Source: Octopus sinensis (taxonomy: Eukaryota). Taken from it: a DNA stretch of 64,000 bases. This document shows, in pieces, positions 26,501 to 38,261 of this stretch. The stretch's first letter is position 1, and every line of letters begins with the position of its first letter. The notes beneath the pieces were generated by a model that saw nothing but the letters and a program-made list of their open reading frames with translations, was not told the origin of the DNA and did no database searches. The stretch lies in NCBI RefSeq assembly GCF_006345805.1, contig NC_043003.1, forward strand, positions 36,704,001-36,768,000, written 5' to 3'. The position numbers and the translations under genes were made by a program.

Positions 26501-27591
26501 TGTTGTTGCAGACGCTCTTGCCAAGAAGGCTTTTTGTGGGACTGTTGCCGTTTTCTAATCTTTACACCACATAGGATCGTTGAGATTTTCGCGGATGCAT
26601 AGTATAGGTGGTTGAGGTTTGTGATATCAACATCATTAACTGAAATTATATCCTTAAGTGCAAGCCGGATTTTACCAATTATTTTCATGTTTTGGTTAGA
26701 GTTGCGGATTTTAGGAAGTGTATCACGCTCATCCATGGTGGTTTCTTTAATTTTCAGCCATTCAATCATGATTTGATTTTTTAGCTCATGTAGTTCTGTT
26801 GGGTCAATATTTGTGTGACTTTCTTTATCTATTTGATGCTCATCTGTCTTAGTGTTTATGATTGGTTCAGGGCGTATTTCACTTTGCCTATCACTTATAC
26901 TAACTCTTTCAATCCTCTCTTCGTTTTTATCCGCCCTGGGCTGGTCTATAATCATTTCCTCTGTATTATCTTCTCTAGCTGCAGCTTCGTTCATTTTATC
27001 CGATATTGCTTGTCTAACCTGATCAATCTCTACTTCAGTCAGTAATTTCTTTTTTATAATGTTTCTTCTAACATTGGCAAGCTTGTTACTGTCTATGTAG
27101 GGTCTTACTTCAGGGTGTTTCTGTCTCCAGTTTAAGTATGCTTGTACAGTGCTAGACTTATCTGTGGGGAAATATATGGCATGGTAGAAGGCCTCAAGAA
27201 CTTCTTTATTATCTTCCCTAGACCATTTTTCCTTCTTTTTCTTTTGATTATTTGGTGATGAGCATGGATGGCCATCTGTTGGAATATTCCGGTTGTGGGG
27301 TTCGTCCAGCTCCTGTGTGTTGGGAAGATTTGATCCAGTAACTGATTTTTCAATCAGGATTTGGTTCAATTTTCGGGTACGTGGTCTTTTGTAATCCGCG
27401 CAATGACCAATGCGGTTTATTGTTTGATTTGTTGACCTTGAAGCATGACGAGCATCCATTCTTATATTAGGAGATGGATCTGTCAGTTTAGGGTTCACTA
27501 CATGTAAGCATTGCTCATAGCGCCGCTTCTTAAGACTAGCAGATCTATATTCGTCTGAATTTTTTTTGTTGATAGTTTTATCTCCGGACAT
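23510..27591 (-). mobile_element. Near full-length R4/Dong retrotransposon (family Dong-A) with ~210-nt 3'UTR and (TAA)18 3' flank
   Basis: ORF above; 3'UTR 23564-23772; (TTA)n on plus strand at 23510-23563; 5' end abuts an A14 run. Confidence 0.9.
23773..27591 (-). CDS. R4/Dong-clade non-LTR retrotransposon ORF (RT + CCHC + restriction-like endonuclease), 1272 aa, uninterrupted
   Basis: Open frame with N-terminal KWSREDN..WRQKHP..KLANVRRNI block, RT motifs (YRPITCL, QKGCKRGSYGCKDQLLINK, WIDYKKAFDS, IFQGDSLSPLLF, YMDDLKLFAK, YKYLG), knuckle CCVC..ETIDHVVSKC, RHD motif and RLE core RPDII..D..KTYQKLSKY. This single-ORF layout is characteristic of the R4 clade. Confidence 0.95.
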   Translation of the reverse strand: MSGDKTINKKNSDEYRSASLKKRRYEQCLHVVNPKLTDPSPNIRMDARHASRSTNQTINRIGHCADYKRPRTRKLNQILIEKSVTGSNLPNTQELDEPHNRNIPTDGHPCSSPNNQKKKKEKWSREDNKEVLEAFYHAIYFPTDKSSTVQAYLNWRQKHPEVRPYIDSNKLANVRRNIIKKKLLTEVEIDQVRQAISDKMNEAAAREDNTEEMIIDQPRADKNEERIERVSISDRQSEIRPEPIINTKTDEHQIDKESHTNIDPTELHELKNQIMIEWLKIKETTMDERDTLPKIRNSNQNMKIIGKIRLALKDIISVNDVDITNLNHLYYASAKISTILCGVKIRKRQQSHKKPSWQERLQQQIKIFRSDIEYLKNLKAHKTTKPTKTQRLLKKYNMKTILDIDATIETIKQKVSAKAARIARYEKRVRFFKDNNMFKNNTKNFYRKIGKTAFTAGSVPSKEEVQRFWNKIWAEEKTHNEKAPWIDRISTELDPLEEQKWEGVKVEDIRSALRRSSKWKSPGKDKIPNFWLNAFPESHELLTELYNDVLQHPSRMPPWLVNGLTFLLPKSEETNESKNYRPITCLTTMYKTLTSVLTEYTYSFLTDSSIFPNEQKGCKRGSYGCKDQLLINKMILEDCHKRHKNLSIAWIDYKKAFDSLPHSWIRKCLEMYKIAPTLRNFLTVSMRSWRTTLTLNSDSESLNAGDVKISCGIFQGDSLSPLLFCLSLIPLSKLLNDAQYGYKMFDKNINHLVYMDDLKLFAKNDQQLKGLLAIVKQFSDDIRMQFGLEKCAKATFIKGKMTETSNVNLDQQNVIKELDPAESYKYLGVIEGNGIRHSEMKERIRRECYRRVRAILKTELNARNRIEAINALAIPVVTYSFNIVNWSITEICQLDRKIRKLLTMHRMHHPKADTERLYLPRKEGGRGLLQLAITMKIATIGLDTYLKNSEDWILKLVSKHENKKASYSVTKQAKEYLSEFRIQPISELDIDIQETSTENARRMKTRAKTAALDILNNKWQEKPLYGKYPKRANNADIDKALTHQWLMASGLKSETEGFIIAAQDQCLPTRNYQANILKIRSSPTCCVCKQQNETIDHVVSKCSLLAPTEYLNRHDRAAQYIHWVICKNLDLPHEKNWWEHKPPPVLENDHISLLWNFTIQTDRKIDANRPDIILKDFKQRTCLPIDMTVPIDINVSVKTYQKLSKYKDLEIEISKMWKLKTKTIPVVIGALGMIAKGADSYLTQIPGNPKMAEVQKIVLMGTAHILRKILSM

Positions 27592-27959
27592 TTTTTTTTT
27601 TTTTCCTTTCCTCCTCTTCCTTTCTTCAAGGCTTACTGTGTCTGTATTAGTTCGAAATAATGAGAATAAAATACGGAGAACGAAACGAAAAGAAAGGGAA
27701 AAAGACGGGATCTGTCAGTTATTATTGTTATTACTATCATCTTCACCACCATCACCATCATCAGCAACATCACCATCACCATCATCATCTTCAATGACAT
27801 TGTTTTATGTGAAGCCACAGCCACCATCAACACTCCATTGTGTTGGAGAATGGGTGGTTAAAGAATTCATGTTCTTTGGGTCTATAAATAGCTACGGTAG
27901 ATGGTGGAGACAAAGGACGTTAATGGTCAGTAAAAGGTCAAACCTGTTTACGTTTATTT

Positions 27960-28195
<236 letters not shown>

Positions 28196-28699
28196 TTAAA
28201 TCCTTAGCGCATCGGACAAAATGCTTAGCGGACATTTCCCCTGCATTATTGTTATTACGATTATTATCATTATTAAGGGTTCTAAGATGATTTCAAACGT
28301 GTGAATTCAGATAATACTCGCCATACGTAAACTTAATGCAATTCTTGAACTGAAAAATTTTTTGAAAGGTAGCATTTCAGAAACAATAAATCGAACAATA
28401 AATGTTTCACCTAATTTGTTTCAATCGTTGGTTTCGGATAAATCCAAGAACATTGTAAAATTCACTTTCCGAAAGCGCCAGGTAGTGTGTTCGAACGCAG
28501 GCATACCGGTTGTGAAATAGATCTTCCTAACCAATTAGCCATGATGTACGTCGATATTTATCTGTGTGTGAGTATTTTTTCTGTACACGTATACATAAAA
28601 AGCACGCAAAAACATATCCACATTCCCTCCCGACACGCACAAACACACACACATATATATATACACATATCCATACATTTATATAAATACAGACATACA

Positions 28700-28742
28700 T
28701 TATATATGTGTATGTATGAATGTATGGTTGTATGAATGTATG

Positions 28743-28775
<33 letters not shown>

Positions 28776-29062
28776 GTGCATGTGTATGTATGTATGTATG
28801 TATGCATGTATGTATGCATGTATGTATGTATGTATGTATGTATGCATGTATGTATGTGTGCATGTGTATGTATGTATGCATGTATGTATGTATACATGTA
28901 TGTATGTATATATGCATGTGTATGTATGTATGTATGTATGCATGTATGTATGTATGTATGTATATATGTGTATGTATGTATGTATGTATATATGTATGCA
29001 TTTATGTATCTATGTATGTATGTATATAAATGTATATATGTATGTATATGTATGTATGTATG

Positions 29063-29094
<32 letters not shown>

Positions 29095-29140
29095 TGTATG
29101 TATGTATGTATGTACGTATGTATGTATGTGCGTATTTATT
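28700..29140. repeat. (TATG)n tetranucleotide microsatellite
   Basis: Direct reading; source of several spurious MYVC/HTYI ORFs. Confidence 0.95.
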
Positions 29141-29599
29141 TATATGTATACAGACGCATACACATGTGTGCAGGAAATGAGCTCAGAACAACCGGTTAAC
29201 AGTTCACTAAGTTAGCACGCGATTCTCTTTTGTTGAAAGAAATCAGGTGAGGCTTCCCAAACTTCATTGGAATTCAGCGTTGGTGTGATCTCAAAGGTGA
29301 CAGAATTGGTAAAGAAAGAAAACTCAATAGAAGTTTCTAATTTATTTAAGCTACATGGTAAGGAATAATTACTGGTATTTAATAATTCGTTCGGTCCTCA
29401 TCGGTCTCCAGAGGAATCGACATCTGCAAATGGGAAAAATAAAAGAAAAAGAAAGAAAAAACTACTTATAGTAAATATCTCACAATAATGGAGTTGGAAG
29501 CAACTAGAGGTTCTCAAGAGAGAATCAAAATTTATAACGTTAATAGGATTGCGATTGCAGTAAAGAATGTAACTGTAACTTGTCTAAAAGTATAAGCAT

Positions 29600-30298
29600 G
29601 CGTTGATGGTGAAAATGGTGGCAAATGGTGGGAAAATGGTGGAATATAGTGATAATGGTGACGGTGGGGATACTCCTGACGATGATGAAGAGGAGGAAGG
29701 AGGAGTAGAAAGAGGAAAGGAGGAGGAAGAGGAGGGGGAGAGGAGGAAAAGGGGGAGGATGAGAACAGGTGGAGAACAGGAGAAGAAAAGGTGGAGGGGA
29801 GGAGGAGGAAGAGAAAGGAGAACAGGAGAACAAGAGGAGAGTAAAAGATGAGGAGAACAGGTGGAGGAGGAGAACAGGTGGAGGAGGGGAACAGGCGGAG
29901 GAGGAGAACAGGAGGAGGAGGAGGAGGAGGTTCATTATGATAAGTTATGTGGATGATGAAGTAATAATGAGGATGGTGGTGATGGTGGTGTTGCGGTATT
30001 TGTGGTGGTGGCTGATGCAGTTATTGTAAAGAAAGATGGCGACTAAGAACACTAGCACGACAGAGTCGATGGTGACGACGACGATGACGTCGACCTCGGC
30101 GACGACAATGGATGATAATAAGAAACAGGAGAACGATGATTGCAGTGCTAATGAATGTGATGATGATGATTGGGAGGATGGCGGTGACGATGAGAATGAT
30201 GTTGATGTTGACGAAGACAACAACGGCGACGATGACGATGATAATGATGATGATGTGACGAAATTATAACGATGATAAACGACGCTGATGATAATTAC

Positions 30299-30342
<44 letters not shown>

Positions 30343-30720
30343 GGATTACGACAACGGCAACAAATACAACCACGACGATGGAGATTATGAGGATGATGAT
30401 GAGGAGGGGGAGGAGAAGGAGGGGGAGGGGGATTTGAATGTGGTGTAGGAGGAGAAAAAGAGGGGTTAGTTGTGTAGGAGGAGGTGGAAGAGAAGAAGCA
30501 GGAGGTGAATCGTGAATCATATAAATACATGATATGATGGTAAAGCTGTTGACGGTGATGACGAAGACGGCGATAATGATGAGGAGGAAGACGTCAACGA
30601 AGACGACTACGAGGACGTTGATGAAGATGATGATGACGATGATGTCGATGGTACTGAGGAGGTGGCGGGAGGAGGATGAAAGTGGATGAGGAAGAGGAGG
30701 AGGGAAAACAAGGAGGTAAT
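29600..30720. repeat. Purine-rich cryptic trinucleotide region (GAG/GAT/GAC/GGT) with an imperfect GAGGAGAACAGGTGGAG repeat
   Basis: Direct reading. Confidence 0.85.
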
Positions 30721-30736
30721 TTCTCACTAACACAGC

Positions 30737-30870
30737 ACCGCCGAGGTCGACTTTGCCTTTCATCTTTTCGGGGTCGATAAATTAGGTACCAGTTGCGTAC
30801 TGGAGTCGATCTAATCGACTGGCTCCCTCCCCCAAAATTTCAGACCTTGTGCCTAGAGTAGGAAAGCATT
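30737..30870 (+). mobile_element. SINE-A, 5'-truncated
   Basis: CCGCCGAGGTCGACTTTGCCTTTCATC..CCTTGTGCCTAGAGTAGGAAAG. Confidence 0.85.
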
Positions 30871-31436
30871 TTTCACTAATAACTGCACATATTTTATAGG
30901 TAACTAGCATATTTCTCTCGATCGAGAATGCCAGTGCATTAATGCTGACTTGTACGGACAAGCTTAACTGATGAAACCTGGAAATCCACGGCAGCCATAT
31001 TTGCAGCGATATTTCGTAAATATTCTCAAAGAAATACTGCAGAAATTTTAGTTAGAAACTACACTGCATCTGCTACCGTCAACATCCCCATTATCATCCT
31101 TATGATCATCATCACCAACATTCTCGTTATCATCCTCCTCCTCCTCCTCATCATCATCATCATCATATCATCATCAACATCATCATTATCCTCAACTTAA
31201 CATAGACATTATCAATGGTAACTTCAGCAGTGCCATGACTGTCATCAGTATCATCAACATCATCACCGTGATCGTTATCATAACCATAATAATTATCATC
31301 ATCATCATCATCGTCATTATCACTGCTCTCGTCCCCATCTCCATATTCCTTATCATCGATATCAACCTCCTCATCATCATCATAGCAGTTGACAAATTAT
31401 GGTGGTGGTGGTGGTTGATGTAAAATGATGGTAGTT

Positions 31437-31600
31437 AAGGCGACGAGCCGGCAGAAACTTTAGCACGCCGGGCAAAATGCTTAGCAGTATTTCATCTGTC
31501 CTCAAGTTCTGAGTTCAAATTCTGACGAGGTCGACTATGCCTTTCATCCTTTCGGGTTCGATAAATTAAGTGCTACTTGTGCCTAGAGTAGAAAAGAATA
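31437..31600 (+). mobile_element. SINE-A (internally deleted)
   Basis: Head, B box and 3' end present. Confidence 0.85.
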
Positions 31601-31612
31601 TGTATCATTTTG

Positions 31613-32109
31613 TTTCACTGGTACTTATTTAATCGAACCCGAAAGGCAAAGTCGACTTCGGTGCAATTTCAACTCAGAACGTAGCGGCAGACGAAATACC
31701 TATTTCTTTACTACCCACAAGGGGCTGAGGACAAACAAGGACAGACAAACGGATTAAGTCGATTATATCGACCCCACTGCATAACACGTACTTATTTAAT
31801 CGACCCCAAAAGGATGAAAGGCAAAGTCGACCTCGGCGGAATGTGAACTCAGAGCGTAGCGGCAGACGAAATACCTATTTCTTTACTACCCACAAGGGGC
31901 TAAACACAGAGGGGACAAACAAGGACAGACAAACGGATTAAGTCGATTATATCGACCCCAGTGCGTAATTGGTACTTAATTTATCGACCCCGAAAGGATG
32001 AAAGGCAAAGTCGACCTCGGCGGAATTTGAACTCAGAACATAACGGCAGACGAAATACCGCTAAGCATTTCGCCCGGCGTGCTAACGATTCTGCCAGCTC
32101 GTCGCCTTT
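31613..32109 (-). mobile_element. SINE-A multimer train (head + about 2.6 units)
   Basis: Two AAAGAAATAG|GTATTTCG junctions. Confidence 0.9.
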
Positions 32110-32304
32110 ACTAGATCAAAATATACACTATACTAATTCTCTTGTATACAATGGTTATCTTATGTCTTTCATAGCGCTCTTACTTATTCAGTAATGTGAG
32201 CAATAATGCGCACGATGAGCTTACAGAAACGGGCAAGCTCATCCAGCATATTACTGTTCTCCTCTACAAAACTGAAAGCATTATTATCCATACATTTAAA
32301 TAGA

Positions 32305-32682
32305 CAAGTTGGCAGAATCGTTAGCATGTGTAACAGCGTGTTGCTCGTTCTGAGTTTTAAATCCACCGGGATCGACTTTCAGCTATCAAGTACTAGGGTA
32401 GATGTGATCGACTTTTTCCTACTACATTTTCAAGTCTTTTGCAGTAGTTGTGCAGTACTAAGGATTATCATGCATACATTTTAGTCGGGGAGTGGCAAAA
32501 TCGTTAGTATGCTTAACAACATTTCGTGCCTCTTTAAGTTCTGAGTTCAAATTTTGTCGAGGTTACTTTCTCTTCCATCCTTTCGGGGTCGATAAAATAA
32601 GTATCAGTTGGGCACTGGGGTCGATATAATCGCTTACCTTCTCTCTCAAAATTGCTGGCCTTGTGCCAAAATTTGAAGCCAT
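32305..32682 (+). mobile_element. Two adjacent diverged SINE-A copies
   Basis: Heads at ~32308 and ~32487 (TGGCAGAATCGTTAG, TGGCAAAATCGTTAG). Confidence 0.75.
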
Positions 32683-32969
32683 TATTATAGACAAATTACA
32701 TTTTTTTAAATGTACAACAGCGAGGGACAATAACAAAGAGGAGAAGATAGTAGTGATAAGATACTTGACGTCCATCAACACAATTTAACAATATTTCAAT
32801 TGAATCCATTTATAAATTAAGCAGAAGTGAAAAGAATATCCGCCAACACTGGATTTATGATGAATGTTAGAGCGTGAATTTAAGGTGAGCACGCTAAGAA
32901 GTCAATGTAGCAATTTGTTTCAATTACATTGCATTTGATGAAATGCCCACCTTCAGTTGCTATCTATCT

Positions 32970-33289
32970 TTCATGTTTTATCTTTTACTTGTTTCAGTCT
33001 TTGTGATGCAGCCATGCTGGAGCACCGCCCTGAAGGATTTAGTTACACAAATTAAGTCCTGTACGTACATTTCAAAGCCTGTTACTTATTCTATCGATCT
33101 TTTATTGCTGAACAGTTATATCGCTTATCAAGCGGCATAGGAGACGAACACACACACATTTTCCATCGGCTAATTCTACTCAGAAGTCTTAGGTCGGCCC
33201 TAGGATATAATGGAAATCCTTTGCCCAAGATGTCTCACAGTGCTATGAACCCACGACCACTTGCTTACCACACAGCCACGCCTGCGCCT
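32970..33289 (-). mobile_element. SINE-B
   Basis: Head GGCGCAGGCGTGGCTGTGTGGTAAG; tail GGCGGTGCTCCAGCATGGC..CTGAAACAAGTAAAAGA. Confidence 0.8.
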
Positions 33290-34278
33290 ATTGTCGAATA
33301 ACATGATTAAAAGCAACAAGAATGCAACAACAATATCTTGAAGTGTTAAACGTATATTATGAGATCACACAAGAAACTCAAAATGTGGTCCGTTGATTAT
33401 AGAGGAAGAAATGAATGAAGAAAAGGAGTGAATGGAAATCTTTACTAAATATACCGATATTTATAATACAAAACAAACAAGATTTCAAATATAAATAATT
33501 TAATATTCACTGAAAACATAACAAAATTCTCATCTGTATGCAACATATATAAACACCCGCAAACTAACAAATACATCACATCGGAATTCTCATAATCCTT
33601 CACAAATGATACCCAATATAAGAAGAGAATAGCCATTCACAGAATAAAAGAGCCCGCCAAATGCATTGGAAATATAGTTCGTACCAAATACGAAAAAATA
33701 AAAGAGCTTTACACCTGAATCAAAACAGAATCAAAAATATGACAAAACCTAAGATACGTATTACATATTTTATTAAAAATATAATCAACTAAATATCTAG
33801 CCAGGGTAATCAAATAATAATAATATACAGAATAATATGCAAAATGTACAGAAGAAAAACACGCATAACTGTAGGTAACTCCAAGCAAGCTTTGAAGAAA
33901 ATGTATTTGGAAAGGTAAAGTAGAAGTGACCCTAGTATAATCAGAATGGATGAATCAAAAGAAATGTCTGCTCAAAGTACAACACATCAAAAGAAATCAA
34001 TTCCATGGAATAAAATATAAAAACAAGGCTGTATGAAATAATTTCCTCGGAAAATAATTCGTGAATTATGGAATATATGGAATACCGTCGAAGGAAAGGT
34101 GGATAGATCTTCGCAGAGAAAGACTCATTTTTGGTAAATCGAACAAAATTGAATCGAAAGAGTTATACTGCAGAAAAAACTTAAAATAATAAAACAACAA
34201 CAAAGACTAAAATGAAAAGACATCCCGGTGAAAAGAATTCAGTCATATCAAAAATATATATATGTACATATATATATA

Positions 34279-34330
34279 TGGCGGTGCCCCAGCATGGCCA
34301 CAGCTCATAAGCTGAAACTAGAATCAATCA

Positions 34331-34333
<3 letters not shown>
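34279..34333 (+). mobile_element. ~55-bp CR1/SINE-B-type 3' tip inserted in (TA)n
   Basis: GGCGGTGCCCCAGCATGGCCACAGCTCATAAGCTGAAAC matches the CR1 3' end at 59685-59722 (minus). Confidence 0.65.
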
Positions 34334-34407
<74 letters not shown>

Positions 34408-34769
34408 GAAACAACTAGTTTTATATCACTGAGCGAGAGATATGCAGTAACAGTACCGAACTGGAAAGTATATTTGCCAACAGAATGCTGCAGTTCTACA
34501 CAGATGATGCTACTACTGCTTAGCCCCAGGAAAACAGTTTGTGTCCGTGTATTATGATGACGATGTTATTACTCATAATAGACTGGAAACAACTCAGAAA
34601 CCTAGGTCTGTGAGTATCACGAAGGCTAGAGATGGGACCGATAAACTCCCTTGCTCATACTATAGGGACACAAGCTGGAAAAGGTATTTTCCTGGGGCTA
34701 AACAGTAGTAATATCGTCCTGTGTAAGACTGCCACATTCTGCGGCCAAATAAACTTTACTATATACGTG

Positions 34770-35060
34770 TGTGTGTGTGTGTGCATGAGTGTGTGTGTGT
34801 GTGCGTGTGGAGAGGGTGTGCATGTGCGTGTGTATCTACGTGTGCGGGTGATTTTGTGTATGTTTTTCCCTCTACCAAATCATGACAACCGATGCTGCTT
34901 TGTCTACGTCGCCGTAACTTAGGGTTCGGTAACGGAGACTAATAGAATAAGTACAACGCTTAAAAAATAGAGAACCAGGGATTATTCATTCGACTAAAAC
35001 CCTTTCAGGCGGCACCCAGCGTTTCGTCGCAGTCCAATGACTGAAACAAGTGAAAGACGA
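34770..35060 (+). mobile_element. SINE-B 3' half
   Basis: GACAACCGATGC..GTAACTTAGGGTTCGG..AATGACTGAAACAAGTGAAAGA. Confidence 0.7.
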
Positions 35061-35299
35061 AAGATAATGAATGGCGTTTTACAAATTAAAACACTAAGGA
35101 AAAATATGAACCATAAACAGAAATCATTAAACATAGGAAATATAATCTAGTGTAACCGGTGACAGATTCAGAAACTCGATAAAACTTGAAAACAACTTGA
35201 AAGTTCCAGGTATTAGCAAAATACAATAGTTCTAGCTGTAATACCTAACCAGCAATCATGCTTATATAGCTACAACATTCAGAGAATTTGTGATGATGA

Positions 35300-36320
35300 A
35301 TTGGATAATTGTTGAAGCCAGCAAAACGGGAGAAAACACCTAAGCATGGTATGCATTGATTACTGAAATTCATTTGATGGCATGCCGTTCTCTTTGATAG
35401 AAGGGTCACGCCATATCAATAACCTGGCTCCGTTACACCAAACACGCAATTTCAAGATGAATGACACAAACATATCATCACCCGGTGAACAAAAAAGAAT
35501 CAATTAAAAGTAACCTTATCTTGCTAAGAAAAGCACCTCTGAAGATTAATTATTTTCTCTTTTATTTAATTTTAACCCAAATATTTTAGTGAATGAACCC
35601 ACGAGAGCTTGTAAATGCAATGGACAAATAATCGAATAAAATATATCCTGGTGTACGGAACAAAACCTCGGAGAAAAATCTACCTAAATGTGTTCGCGAA
35701 ATCCTCTGCGATACAGAATATAGTATGATGCAAAGTTCTTAAAGCTGAGAGTATTAAATTAAAATCAGATATTTAGATCAGAGACTGAGATCCTTAATCA
35801 CTCACACTAATAATCAGAAGCAGGTGTAACCGATGATCAGTAAGACATAAATGAAAGAGAAAATTAGAAAATAGTATAATAAATAGGAAATTAAGTGAAT
35901 TAAAGAGACTTGATTGGAGAAATAAATAACTGCACAACTTTCTGGATTCCACATCCTACATATAAAGTATATAACTCCTGATACACAGTATAGATAGGGC
36001 CTGATAGATTGTAACAACATTCAGTCTATAAAAATACTTACAATCTAGCAGCAAATACAGAGAATGGCATATGGTCAATATGCAACAAAGCTCAAGCGAT
36101 AGGCCAAATACTGTAATCTAAATATAGACAAAAGTTATTATTTTAACCGAATAAAAGAAGCGATTGGCCATATAAAACTATAAAAGTAAAACAATGAAAC
36201 AAGGAACTGAAACATAGACTATGTAATAAGTATTATTTTATGATTGGCTACATTATCAAATGTATTGAATTAAACAAACAATTGTGATGGTATTATAGAC
36301 AAACTACAACCCGTTGTCTT
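35300..36320 (+). mobile_element. Ancient R4/Dong-like remnant
   Basis: KHLSMVCIDY*NSFDGMP resembles NLSIAWIDYKKAFDSLP; downstream QRMAYGQYATK and WLHYQ..YNP echo later motifs. It may extend upstream to ~33900. Confidence 0.45.
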
Positions 36321-37451
36321 CCATTTTGTTAAACGGTATAGCATCATTTGAAGGAATTTAGCTGCAATTTCTTGGAAAGGTAATCGTTAGATTATAGTGG
36401 AAAACACTTGTAGAACACGAGTACCACTCACTAAATCACTTTGATTAGTATCTAGAGACAGTCCGAAGCCAGGTAACCAGTAATCACATGCAACCGCATG
36501 TTTTACAATAATGGTTCTCTCCTAGGCTGCTTTGACAACAGCTAGGGGTCCTTCATGTCCAGCTGTTTTAATTGTTTGCCCGTTAACACTCTTAACGCCC
36601 TTTGACGAATCTTGTTTATCTTACCTCTTGGTATCCAAAAGCCACCCTGATCACCAACCAAATATACGTGTGCATCATGTGCATGATTTTGAACTGCATC
36701 CGAATGTGGACTCTGGTTCGGGAGTTTCAGCATTTTGCGAAGTGTGTAACCACCTCTTAGTTACTTTAATCCCAAGGTCTACTCTGAGCCAGAGTAGTAG
36801 CATTTGTCTGGGTTCCAGTTATGGGTTAAATAGCATGTAACCACTCAGGCTATGACATGGTGTAATTATGGGCATATAGTATGGTCCATGTAATCGATTT
36901 TGGCCAAAGAACTTTATAGAATCAAAGGCAAATAGCAATAGAATTTGAGCGTGAGAACAGAGAGCAAACTGTCAAGGACCAGAATCAACCAAATCAATCA
37001 GTGAACTACTATTACCGTCTGTAGTTGTGGCGTGTGAAGATGGGATATTTCAGCTAGCGAGAGAACAATATCACAAGAACATGTCCAGCTGTTCAACATG
37101 TAAATAGATCTTCCTCTATTTCGACTATGTGTCAGTTATTTGTTCAACTGAATTAGTTCCTCATAAAATTAAGTGTAAGTTACTGAATACTACATAGACA
37201 TGTCTTGTATATGTGTATCTGTTAATGAGTGTATATTTTTGTTGTTGACGTCATAAGAATTTATAAACATTGGAAAGAAAAATGAAAGAATTCTTTCTTC
37301 CAAACTGGATCTCGATGTACTCATAAATTTATAAATAATAGCATGTCAATATTGGTTTGAAAAAGCTCTTTTGGGAAGAAAATGACAAAGGCCGTCGGTG
37401 GGACTCGAACGCACATCTGTATGCATAAGAGGCGTTCTAAAATCGTGTACG

Positions 37452-37661
37452 TACGAGAGGGTGTTGAAAAGTTCCTGGGTTTAAGCGTATCGCGAAAGGC
37501 CTAGTTGGAGGCCGAGCCTTTCGAGTTCATTTACATAGCTTTGGAAAACTGCAATAAGTTTGTGAATCTGATAACAGAATAGATTGAATAAAATCATATT
37601 TAACTGACCCTTCTCTATTTTCTGTTACCCAAGGCCAGAAACCTTCCAGCAACCCCTTGTA
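37452..37661. mobile_element. mariner-type MITE (~210 bp)
   Basis: Imperfect TIRs TACGAGAGGGTGTTGAAAAGTTCCTGG and CCAGAAACCTTCCAGCAACCCCTTGTA; TA at both ends. Confidence 0.7.
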
Positions 37662-37729
37662 CGTATATGTATATACTCTCAAATCTTTGACATTGCAATT
37701 TACGCCTAACTACAATATTTCTCCCATTT

Positions 37730-38222
37730 TCTCCTCATTTCATCCTATCTTTTTCACTCTCTATCATTGCTCTTAGTCTCTTCTTTTTCTCTCAATTTCA
37801 TTAGTATTTCTCTGATTTTCTTACTTCCTCTCTCTCTCTCCCCCTCCCTCTCTCTCTCATTCTCTTTCTCTCTACCTCCGTTCCCTTCTAACATCCCTCA
37901 CTAAAATCTCCTTCAAAAAATCTTCTTCCTCTTCTTCTTTATCATATATCCTTCTGCTTCTTTCTGGCAAGTATTTTTTTCATTCTCCCACGTATCCCCT
38001 CCACCCTCACTCCTTATTTTTCTTTCTTTTTCCGTCTTCTTTCTTTCTTTATCTAATATTAATGTTTCGTTTTTGCAGCACTTTCTCAGATACCTTGATA
38101 TCTCTGTCAGTCAAAGTCGCCATCGTTTCTTCCATCCATCTTGCTCTCTCTTCTTCCTGCTTTCTTCTCTTTCGCCTCTCTCCCTTTCTATTTCCTTCTC
38201 TCTCCCCTCTTTATTTCTCCTC

Positions 38223-38261
<39 letters not shown>

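Noticed and set aside
24569-27353. Short ORFs overlapping the 1272-aa ORF on the opposite strand or in other frames
   Set aside because: They are antisense or alternate-frame shadows of the retrotransposon ORF.
37385-37440. tRNA-like segment on minus (GTTCGAGTCCCACCGACGGC)
   Set aside because: Only a T-arm/B-box remnant; no cloverleaf or A box can be built, so it is not a tRNA gene.
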